From a bacterium (GTDB lineage Bacteria; SZUA-182; DTGQ01): 31,049 nucleotides of DNA. The stretch is from the NCBI GenBank assembly GCA_040752695.1, contig JBFMGO010000075.1, positions 1 to 31,049 on the forward strand, read 5' to 3'. The notes under the pieces were generated by a model. The model saw nothing but the letters and a program-made list of their open reading frames with translations, had not been told where the DNA came from and searched no databases. Below are positions 9,275 to 17,501 of this stretch, in pieces (position 1 is the first letter of the stretch; each line of letters starts with the position of its first letter). Both the position numbers and the translations under genes were made by a program.

Positions 9275-10150
9275 ATGGCAAAGAGGAAAAAATACACTCT
9301 CCCGCTGCATGATCGGACTATCCTGCTTGGAACGAGAACCTGCATTATGGGCATCTTGAACATTACCCCTGACTCGTTTTCCGATGGGGGTAGGTATTTT
9401 GCCCTTGACCAGGCTATACAAAGGGCTCAGCGGATGGTTGAGGATGGAGCGGATATCATCGATATCGGCGCGGAGTCAACCCGTCCCGGTTCCCTGCCGG
9501 TACCTGCCGAGGAGGAGATCCGGCGGCTTCTGCCTTTGGTTGTGCACCTGAGAAAGGAAAGCGGGGTTCCTCTGTCCATCGATACCTATAAGGCCGGGGT
9601 GGCGCAAGCCCTGCTCGATGAGGGGGTTCACCTGATAAATGACATCAGCGGCCTTGCTTTTGATCCTCGCATGGCGTCTTTAGTGGCCAGATACAAAGCA
9701 GCCGTGGCTTTGATGCACATTCAGGGGACACCTCGCGATATGCAAAAAAATCCCCATTATCAGCATCTTGTCCCGGAAATAACCAGCTATCTGCAGCACA
9801 GCATCGACCTGGCACTGAAGGCCGGTATCGCACCTGAGCGAATCATGGTGGACCCTGGTATCGGCTTTGGAAAAACTGTGCTCCATAACCTTGAGATCAT
9901 TCAGAAACTCGACCAGTTTCAATCCCTGGACAAGCCAATTCTGCTTGGCCCCTCCCGAAAATCTTTCATCGGCAAAATCCTGGACCTCCCTGTCGAGGAC
10001 CGGCTTGAGGGGACCGCTGCTGCCGTGGCAGCCGGGATTATGAACGGGGCGCATCTGGTACGCGTTCACGATGTCCGGGCCATGGTCCGGGTAGCCAGGG
10101 TAGTGGACGCCATCATGGATCCTCGCAGCCAACTCGATGGAGCACCATAA
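9275..10150 (+). CDS. folP: Dihydropteroate synthase
   Basis: MGILNITPDSFSDGG, GAESTRPG, SIDT, NDISG, DPGIGFGK, SRKSFIG and RVHDV motifs. Confidence 0.98.
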   Translation: MAKRKKYTLPLHDRTILLGTRTCIMGILNITPDSFSDGGRYFALDQAIQRAQRMVEDGADIIDIGAESTRPGSLPVPAEEEIRRLLPLVVHLRKESGVPLSIDTYKAGVAQALLDEGVHLINDISGLAFDPRMASLVARYKAAVALMHIQGTPRDMQKNPHYQHLVPEITSYLQHSIDLALKAGIAPERIMVDPGIGFGKTVLHNLEIIQKLDQFQSLDKPILLGPSRKSFIGKILDLPVEDRLEGTAAAVAAGIMNGAHLVRVHDVRAMVRVARVVDAIMDPRSQLDGAP

Positions 10151-10232
10151 AACCCGCTCTTTCGAGAGGGTTTACTACCATCCGTAAGAAACATCACGCT
10201 ATCGTAAAGAAAGATAACAAGGAGAAAGGTGG

Positions 10233-10946
10233 ATGACCAAGCTAGGAGTTAATATCGACCACGTTGCCAATATTCGAGAGGCTCGAAAAGCAGTGCAGCC
10301 GGACCCGATAACCGCAGCCGTGATCGTGGAAATGGCAGGTGCCGATGGCATTACCGTACACTTGAGGCAGGACCGCCGCCACATCCAGGACCGGGACCTG
10401 AGGCTTCTGCGGGAAATTGTCAAGACCAGACTGAATCTTGAGATGTGTGCAGAACAGGAGATGATCGATATCGCCCTCAAGATCAGGCCGGATATGGTCA
10501 CTCTGGTTCCGGAAAAGGCGAATGAAGTGACCACGGAGGGCGGATTGGATATAAGCCGGCAAAAGGAAGTGCTCAGCCGGCGGATTCAATCCCTTCAGAC
10601 GTCCGGAATGAGGGTGAGTATTTTTATCGATCCTGACCTGACCCAGGTGAACCTGGCCCGGGAAGTCGGGGCCGATTACATTGAACTTCACACCGGATTG
10701 TATGCTGCGGCCAAGACCGAAAAGAGCAGGAAAGATGAGCTCGAAAGGATCCGGCAGGCAGCGAGGGCTGCCGCCAGCCTGGATCTAGGCGTAAATGCAG
10801 GTCATGATCTGACCTATCAGAATGTCACTCCGATTGCTGCCATTGAGGAGATCGAAGAGCTGAATATCGGCCATAATATTGTTGCCAGGGCAGTTTTTGT
10901 CGGCCTGGAACAGGCGGTCAGGGAGATGCTCGCCCTGATCCGGTAG
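10233..10946 (+). CDS. pdxJ: Pyridoxine 5'-phosphate synthase
   Basis: [45 protein letters not shown] and ELNIGH motifs. Confidence 0.98.
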   Translation: MTKLGVNIDHVANIREARKAVQPDPITAAVIVEMAGADGITVHLRQDRRHIQDRDLRLLREIVKTRLNLEMCAEQEMIDIALKIRPDMVTLVPEKANEVTTEGGLDISRQKEVLSRRIQSLQTSGMRVSIFIDPDLTQVNLAREVGADYIELHTGLYAAAKTEKSRKDELERIRQAARAAASLDLGVNAGHDLTYQNVTPIAAIEEIEELNIGHNIVARAVFVGLEQAVREMLALIR

Positions 10947-10981
10947 ATGAAATAAGCTCTTTTTACCCGATAAGTAAGGTT

Positions 10982-11806
10982 ATGAAAAAATATTCTTTCC
11001 CATATCATGACTCTTTATCGTTTCTGCTCGGTCTCATCGGGCTTTTCCTTGTCTTCGCAGCCTCTTGTCCGGCACGGGTTTTGGCCGGTCAGGCAGGCAC
11101 CTCCAGCGGGAAATTACAAAGGGAGTACCCCCCGGACAAGCTTCAGGAGGTCATCCGGCAGATAGAGAGAAAATATCTCGGCGAAAGCGCGGAAGGTCTG
11201 ATGACCATGCAGGTCGCTACCCGCCACTATACCCGCAAGATGCGCATGCAGTACTGGTCCAAGGGGAAGGACCTGTTCCTGGTCACCATTCTTTATCCGG
11301 CTAAGGATGAGGGCATCAGCACCCTGAAAGTCGGCAAGGATATCTGGAATTACCTGCCCAAGGTAGACCGAGTGATTAAGATCCCTCCTTCCATGATGGG
11401 AGGCTCATGGATGGGGAGTCACATCACCAACGATGACCTGGTGAAAGAATCTCAGATTGCGGATGATTATACCTTTCGCCTGATCGAAGACCGCGATGGA
11501 ATCTGGGTGATCGAAGCTCTCCCGAAACCGGAAGCTGCGGTAGTGTGGGGGAAAATGATGTACGAGATCATCATGCCTGATCTTGTCCCCCGGCGGATTT
11601 CCTACTTTGACGAAGAAGGAAAGGAAGTGAGGGGGATGAAGTATTCGGATATTCAGGAAATCCAGGGCCGCAAGATTCCTCTCTCCATAGAAGTAACGCC
11701 TCTGGACAAACCGAACGAATCTACCACCTTGCGGTATGAAAAGATCCACTTTGGGATTTCCCTGAAAGATGATTTCTTCTCTTTGAGAAATCTCAAAAAA
11801 CGGTAA
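10982..11806 (+). CDS. LolA-like periplasmic protein (outer-membrane lipoprotein-sorting family)
   Basis: Signal peptide; YPAKDEG..TLK...IWNYLP.VDRVIKIPPSMMGGSWMGSHITNDDL pattern and C-terminal DDFFSLRNLK; upstream of LolCDE-like genes. Confidence 0.85.
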   Translation: MKKYSFPYHDSLSFLLGLIGLFLVFAASCPARVLAGQAGTSSGKLQREYPPDKLQEVIRQIERKYLGESAEGLMTMQVATRHYTRKMRMQYWSKGKDLFLVTILYPAKDEGISTLKVGKDIWNYLPKVDRVIKIPPSMMGGSWMGSHITNDDLVKESQIADDYTFRLIEDRDGIWVIEALPKPEAAVVWGKMMYEIIMPDLVPRRISYFDEEGKEVRGMKYSDIQEIQGRKIPLSIEVTPLDKPNESTTLRYEKIHFGISLKDDFFSLRNLKKR

Positions 11807-11892
11807 AACGGCAATATGTGAGACGTAAAAACGGGAAAAGGGAAAGGATGAGCACCGCCCAGAGGGGATAGAAGGGGACAACGAGGGGGACA

Positions 11893-13116
11893 ATGCTCAC
11901 GTTGAAAATGGCCTACAGGAACCTTTGGCGAAACAAGCGCAGAACAGGCTTGAGTATTCTGGCTATGGTCGTTGCCTCATCCATGCTGATGCTGGCTATC
12001 GGTATTATCAATGGCATGATATCCGATCTGATTACTTCCTCTACGGACCAGTATACCAGCCATATTCAGATTAGCCGTAAAGGTTATCCGGATGTTCGTG
12101 ACCTGTACCAGAGCCTCGACCATTACCAGCCCATTCTGGACCTGGTGAGAGGGCTGCCGGAGGTTACTGCGGCCTCGGCCAGGCTGCGCTCTTTCGGGCT
12201 TCTGTCTTTCGGCAGCAACACCCAGGCTGTGGAGATGCTGGGCATTGAGCCTCCGCAGGAACTAAAGGTTACTACCTTAGGCCGCTCCCTCATCCGGGGG
12301 AAAATGACATCCCCGCCCGGCCAGGTGGTGATCGGAGATGCTCTGGCCCGGAAACTGAAAGCGGGGGTAGGGTCACAACTGGTGTATGTCACCTCTGCGG
12401 CAGACGGTTCGATCGGGAACGACCTTCTCACCGTGGCCGGTATTTTCAAAACCGGCAGTTCTCATCTCGATGGAGGATTGGCCCTGGTCAATCTCACCTG
12501 GCTGGAGGATGTGGTGGCATATCCAGGCCATATCCATGAAGTTGCGATCAGGATAAAAAAGCCGGACCGTGCTCCGGAAGTGGCCGCTAAGATAGCGCTT
12601 ATGGCCGATGATCCTTCTTTGCAGGTGCGCTCCTGGCAGGAGATTCTCCCGGACATAAAGCAGGCCCTCGATTTTTCCGGTATCAATATCCTGGTGACTC
12701 TCTTTATCCTGTACCTGGCCACGGGTCTTGGCATTATCAACAGCTTCTTCATGATTGCCTATGAGCGCACCAAGGAGTTCGGGCTGATGCTCTCTTTAGG
12801 CATGACGCCCCGTGAGATCCGCTGGCTTATGGTTACCGAAGCCACCCTGATGGGATTGATATCCATGATCCTTGGTGGTGCACTTGGATTGGGACTACTG
12901 ACCTGGTTCCATCTTCATGGAATTGATCTTTCTGCCTGGATCACACCGGTAAGCTATCTTGGCGCAACTTTTCTGCCGGTCCTCCATGCCGAATTCAGTT
13001 GGCAGGGGATTGTCTACCCTCTGCTCTTTTTGGTGTTCACCGCTGCCGGATCTGCCTATATACCTGCCTTACTGGCTTCAAAACTGGATCCGGTGCATGC
13101 CATGAGGAGAGTGTAA
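11893..13116 (+). CDS. ABC transporter permease, LolC/E-FtsX family
   Basis: AYRNLWRNKRRT N-terminus, large periplasmic loop, ERTKEFGLMLSLG, four TM segments, DPVHAMR end. Confidence 0.93.
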   Translation: MLTLKMAYRNLWRNKRRTGLSILAMVVASSMLMLAIGIINGMISDLITSSTDQYTSHIQISRKGYPDVRDLYQSLDHYQPILDLVRGLPEVTAASARLRSFGLLSFGSNTQAVEMLGIEPPQELKVTTLGRSLIRGKMTSPPGQVVIGDALARKLKAGVGSQLVYVTSAADGSIGNDLLTVAGIFKTGSSHLDGGLALVNLTWLEDVVAYPGHIHEVAIRIKKPDRAPEVAAKIALMADDPSLQVRSWQEILPDIKQALDFSGINILVTLFILYLATGLGIINSFFMIAYERTKEFGLMLSLGMTPREIRWLMVTEATLMGLISMILGGALGLGLLTWFHLHGIDLSAWITPVSYLGATFLPVLHAEFSWQGIVYPLLFLVFTAAGSAYIPALLASKLDPVHAMRRV

Positions 13117-13161
13117 GCGATGCTGGATCCGGTGCATGCCACGGGGAGAGTTTAAACGATG
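13084..13161 (+). repeat. 39-bp tandem duplication of the permease 3' end
   Basis: 13084-13122 versus 13123-13161: 35 of 39 identical. Confidence 0.9.
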
Positions 13162-13189
13162 AATGAAACGTGCAGGACGTGAGGAAGAC

Positions 13190-14425
13190 ATGGACGCACG
13201 GGAGATCATGAAGCTTGCCTGGAAGAACCTTGGCCGGCATCGAATCAGGACCACACTGACGGTGCTGGCAGTCGGGGGGAGCCTTTTTCTGGCCATCACC
13301 TTCGTCAATATGGCTAAGGGAGGGTACAGCAAGATGATCGATCAGGGCGTGCGCGCAGGCTCCGGCCATATCGGGGTCTACCGGAGGGGGTATCTGGAGG
13401 ACCGGGTGGCGGAGCAAAATTTCCTTGCGGCCGACCTGCCGGAAAAAGTCCGGAAACTTCCCGGCGTAGCTGCGGTTTTGCCTCATATCCAGCTTTCAGC
13501 CCTGGCCCAGTCCGCCTATGAGTCAAGAGGAGCCTTTTTAGTCGGACTTGTGCCCTCTGAGGAAGCTTCAGTCAATCCCTACATCCAGAAATTATCTCAG
13601 GGCCGGTTCCTGCAGGATGCAGACATGCGAAAGGCAGTGATTGGCTCCATCCTGGCCAGGGAACTGAAAGTGGAGACAGGGAAGGGCTTCGTGATTACGG
13701 TGCAGGATAAAGATGGGGAGTTGCAGAGCGAAAAATTCCGCGTGGCCGGTATTTTTCATACCGGGATCAAGGAGATCGATAATTCCCTGGTCATGGTGAA
13801 TTTAAGAGAGGCGCAGAAGCTCTCGCGCTTAACGGGCAGGGTGCATGAGCTTTCGGTGCTCCTTTTGTCCGCCTCATGGCAGGAGAGTGTTCAATCCGCC
13901 ATCAGGGATCTTTTATCGGATCGCCAGGACCTGGTGGCAGAGGGCTGGCACCGGGCCATGCCGAATCTTTACCATGCCATTCAGTACGATTATGTCTCCT
14001 TGCAGGTAATTCTTCTGCTCCTGGTGGTTATTGTGGGTATCGGCATTATAAACACCTTCCTGATGTCCGTTCTGGAGCGCACCAGAGAATTCGGCACGCT
14101 CATGGCCATTGGCACCCCGCCGGCTTTTTTGCGCTGGCTGGTGGTTACGGAAGCCTTCCTGACCGGAATCATGGGCATTACCCTGGGGTGGATCGGCGGA
14201 TGTGCTGCCACCGATTATCTGGTGAGGTACGGCCTGGATCTGACCAGCATCATATCGAAAGGCCAGGAGTTTGGGGGAGTATTTTTTGATCCGGTTATCC
14301 GGGCAAGCTGGAATTTTTCCACGATGGCCTTTCTTTCACTTTTTTTGCTCCTGGTGTGTATTGGAGCTTCCCTCTATCCGGCCTGGCAGGCCGGGACGGT
14401 GAATCCGGTAGAGGCACTGAAATAG
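13190..14425 (+). CDS. ABC transporter permease, LolC/E-FtsX family (second subunit)
   Basis: LAWKNLGRHRIRT, SVLERTREFGTLMAIG, NPVEALK. Start placed at ATG 13190 after GAGGA; 13163 and 13208 are alternatives. Confidence 0.92.
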   Translation: MDAREIMKLAWKNLGRHRIRTTLTVLAVGGSLFLAITFVNMAKGGYSKMIDQGVRAGSGHIGVYRRGYLEDRVAEQNFLAADLPEKVRKLPGVAAVLPHIQLSALAQSAYESRGAFLVGLVPSEEASVNPYIQKLSQGRFLQDADMRKAVIGSILARELKVETGKGFVITVQDKDGELQSEKFRVAGIFHTGIKEIDNSLVMVNLREAQKLSRLTGRVHELSVLLLSASWQESVQSAIRDLLSDRQDLVAEGWHRAMPNLYHAIQYDYVSLQVILLLLVVIVGIGIINTFLMSVLERTREFGTLMAIGTPPAFLRWLVVTEAFLTGIMGITLGWIGGCAATDYLVRYGLDLTSIISKGQEFGGVFFDPVIRASWNFSTMAFLSLFLLLVCIGASLYPAWQAGTVNPVEALK

Positions 14426-14435
14426 GATCGCTTCC

Positions 14436-15125
14436 ATGTCTTTAGTAGAGTTACGCGAGGTAAAAAAATATTACCACAATGGGGAGAGTATCATACGGGC
14501 GGCAGACGGGGTCAGCCTTCGAATTGAGCGGGGGGAATTTTCCGTTCTGGCCGGCCCGTCAGGCAGCGGGAAGACCACCATCCTGAATTTGATCGGAGGA
14601 TTGGACCGCCCGGACAGCGGAGAGGTCTTTGTCGATGGTGACAATTTGACCAAAAAAGACCAAAAAGCCCTGTCAAGGATACGAAGACATAAGATCGGCT
14701 TCATTTTCCAGGCCTACAACCTGGTTCCTGTGCTTACGGCTGAAGAAAATGCGGAATTTGTCCTGATGCTGAACGGCGTACCGGCCAAGGAGCGCAGTCA
14801 GCGGGTTCTCGCATTACTGAAGGAAATGGGTATGAGCGGACTTGAGTACCGCAAACCTGGGGAAATGAGCGGCGGCCAGCAGCAGAGAGTTGCCGTGGCC
14901 AGGGCCATGGTGACAGAGCCGGTCATTATCCTGGCCGATGAGCCCACAGCCAATCTTGACTCGGAATCGAGCATCAATCTTTTGAACCTGATGCGAAGAT
15001 TCAATGAGACCAAGGGCATCACCTTTCTCTTCAGCAGCCATGATGAGCGGGTGATTCATCTGGCCAAACGGATTATCCACTTGCGTGACGGGAAGATCGA
15101 ATCGGACCAGAGAGAAGGCTTATGA
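14436..15125 (+). CDS. ABC transporter ATP-binding protein, LolD/MacB-type
   Basis: Walker A GPSGSGKT, GFIFQAYNL, signature MSGGQQQR, ADEPTANLD, SSHD. Confidence 0.95.
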   Translation: MSLVELREVKKYYHNGESIIRAADGVSLRIERGEFSVLAGPSGSGKTTILNLIGGLDRPDSGEVFVDGDNLTKKDQKALSRIRRHKIGFIFQAYNLVPVLTAEENAEFVLMLNGVPAKERSQRVLALLKEMGMSGLEYRKPGEMSGGQQQRVAVARAMVTEPVIILADEPTANLDSESSINLLNLMRRFNETKGITFLFSSHDERVIHLAKRIIHLRDGKIESDQREGL

Positions 15126-15236
15126 GAATAAGGTGGGAAGAGGGTGAGAACAGGGCTGGAATGAGATGGAGATGAGGTGAGAAGAGGGCAGGAAAAGGTG
15201 ATGAGGATAAGGTGATGAGGATAAGGTGAGAAGAAA
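15126..15236. repeat. Purine-rich intergenic low-complexity repeat
   Basis: Almost free of C; contains AAGGTGATGAGGAT x2 followed by AAGGTGA, plus degenerate GGTGAGAA units. Confidence 0.6.
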
Positions 15237-16472
15237 ATGAGAAGAATGCTGAGCTTCCGGCTGTTTTTTCTGTGCCTTCTATGCGCTCCCTCGCTGGTCT
15301 TTTTTGGACAGGGAAAAGCGTCCTGCCAGGAGCCTTTTGCCGGGCAGGCAGAAGAAAATTCCCGGTTTTCCCTGCCCCTGACCATAAAAGGGCATTTCAA
15401 GTCCTTAAACCGGGTCCAGAAAATGCCTCTCGAAGAAGACTATCACGGATTTACCGGCACTCAGGCTCGTCTCGATATCGAACTGACCCTTCCATGGCCG
15501 CTCGAGCCGGGGTCGCTCAATCTGGCCTATTCCCAGGTAGCGGACCTTCTGGTAGGAGAGAACGCCCAGGCCCTGAGCGGCAAAAGCCCCTTTGACCTGC
15601 CCGATCTGGACGCTGCTCCCATCGACGAAGAAGATACGGTGGTTAAACTGCATCCCGACCGCCTGAATGTTAACTGGGAATCGGAAAAATTTTCAGCCAC
15701 CATAGGCAGGCAGGCCATCGGCTTTGGAACTCTCCTTGGCTTTTCGCCCCTGGACATTATCGCCCCTTTTTCCCCCCTTGCCCTCGATAAAGAAATCCGT
15801 CCGGGCGTGGATGCAATAAAAATGGAATACTATCCTCACCCCTTCAGCACGGTCACATTTGTGGCTGTAATTCCCGCCAAGGCACGCAACCGAAGTTATC
15901 TTTTGCTTTACACCCTTGCCGGGGAGAAGGGAGATTTCAATGTTCTGCTCGGAGAAAACCGCAATAAACCTGCCTTGGGCTTTGGGTATGCGGGTGCACT
16001 GAAGGGCATGGGAGTGCGTGCCGAGAGCTTATTTTTTGGTGACGAGCATGACGGGAACAACTCCGGGTATGCTTTAGCGGGCCTTGAGGTGAGTTATCTT
16101 TTCCAAAATAATATCCAGGTAGACCTTGAATTTTTTTTTCATGGTGATGGAGCCGGTGATGCGGAAAACTATAACCTTGCGAATAACGATGCCGATTATC
16201 AGACCCCTTTTGCTGGCCGCTATTACACGATCCTGGATATGAGCTATGATCTTACTCCGCTTTTAAAATTCAGCCCGGCAGCGATAGCCAATCTCGGCGA
16301 TGGGTCCATGCTTGTTTCCCCCAGACTCGTCTACTCTGTCTCGGATAATTCCGAAGTGCTCGCCTTCATCGATCTGAGCCTCGGTCAATCACCGGACCGG
16401 GATGGTACCATCCGCAGCGAATACGGATCATCTCCACGTGGTGGAGGGTTGTTTCTGCGGCTGTTCTTTTAG
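15237..16472 (+). CDS. Probable outer-membrane beta-barrel protein, function unknown
   Basis: Signal peptide, alternating amphipathic strands, DRLNVNW..ATIGRQAIGFG..FSPLD motif, C-terminal GLFLRLFF (BAM-type terminal Phe). Confidence 0.7.
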   Translation: MRRMLSFRLFFLCLLCAPSLVFFGQGKASCQEPFAGQAEENSRFSLPLTIKGHFKSLNRVQKMPLEEDYHGFTGTQARLDIELTLPWPLEPGSLNLAYSQVADLLVGENAQALSGKSPFDLPDLDAAPIDEEDTVVKLHPDRLNVNWESEKFSATIGRQAIGFGTLLGFSPLDIIAPFSPLALDKEIRPGVDAIKMEYYPHPFSTVTFVAVIPAKARNRSYLLLYTLAGEKGDFNVLLGENRNKPALGFGYAGALKGMGVRAESLFFGDEHDGNNSGYALAGLEVSYLFQNNIQVDLEFFFHGDGAGDAENYNLANNDADYQTPFAGRYYTILDMSYDLTPLLKFSPAAIANLGDGSMLVSPRLVYSVSDNSEVLAFIDLSLGQSPDRDGTIRSEYGSSPRGGGLFLRLFF

Positions 16473-16654
16473 CTAACCTCGCTTTTTTCATCTGATCTGC
16501 ACATTACTTTCCTTATTGTTACATCACCGTGCGTTTGAATCATAAATTCATCCGATATAATTACACGAATTATTTAATTCAATAATCTATATTTTTAACC
16601 TCATAAAAAGGGAATAGAGAAAGAGATTGCAGGAAAATTTTAAGGGATAGAGCC

Positions 16655-17377
16655 ATGCCCGATGAACCTTTTCGGATAGAGGAAAATCCGGACTTGATTC
16701 TGGACGCCTCAAATCGTAAATCATCTTTTTGGCAGAAGAGGGGGATGGGGTTTTTGCATCAGCTTGGTTTTGCCGTTTTACACCCCATTCTGATTTTCGA
16801 TGAGATCCTCAGCGAGTATCTCTACCCGGCCATCCTTACCCGGAAAGAGGGAGTAACGTTGAAGGGGAGGATAATATTGAAAGGGTTTCCCCTGGTCGAG
16901 ATAACCGAAGATGCGTCAATAATCATAGGAAACAGGGTAACACTCAATTCACGGAGCAGGGGGTATCATATTAACCTTCATTCCCCCGTGAAACTATTCG
17001 CCGACAGGCCCGGTGCGGAAATTACGATCGGAGAAAGCAGCAGGATACATGGGACCTGTATTCACGCCTGGAAGAAGGTCAGCATTGGCAGGGGGTGCCT
17101 GATAGCGGCCAATACCCAGATTTTCGATGCAAACGGACACGAACTTTCATTTCCGCGGGTTGAAGACAGAATCAATACGACCGGCGGCGCTGAAGCGGTT
17201 ACCATAGGGGATAATGTCTGGATCGGGGCAAATTGCATCATCCTGCCGGGTACATCCATCGGCAGCGGAAGTGTCATTGCGGCTGGAAGCGTAGTGGTCA
17301 AGAGCATACCGCCTCTGGTGGTTGCAGGCGGGAATCCGGCCCGAGTGATCAAAGATTATTCAAACCTCCATGCGTAG
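16655..17377 (+). CDS. Hexapeptide-repeat (left-handed beta-helix) O-acyltransferase
   Basis: [33 protein letters not shown] and [10 protein letters not shown]; conserved D..GH. Confidence 0.9.
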   Translation: MPDEPFRIEENPDLILDASNRKSSFWQKRGMGFLHQLGFAVLHPILIFDEILSEYLYPAILTRKEGVTLKGRIILKGFPLVEITEDASIIIGNRVTLNSRSRGYHINLHSPVKLFADRPGAEITIGESSRIHGTCIHAWKKVSIGRGCLIAANTQIFDANGHELSFPRVEDRINTTGGAEAVTIGDNVWIGANCIILPGTSIGSGSVIAAGSVVVKSIPPLVVAGGNPARVIKDYSNLHA

Positions 17378-17501
17378 GTTTTAAGAAAGTCAGTCAGCAG
17401 CCAGACCTTGCAGGAGTCGGACTTTGCAGCAGTCGGACGGACAAAGGACACCGTATTGCACAACGAGAGAGAACCGTATCACCACAGCCAGGAGGAAGGT
17501 T

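Noticed and set aside
17424..17501. 26-aa N-terminal extension of the giant protein in the ORF track
   Set aside because: The strong RBS and signal peptide place the start at 17502.
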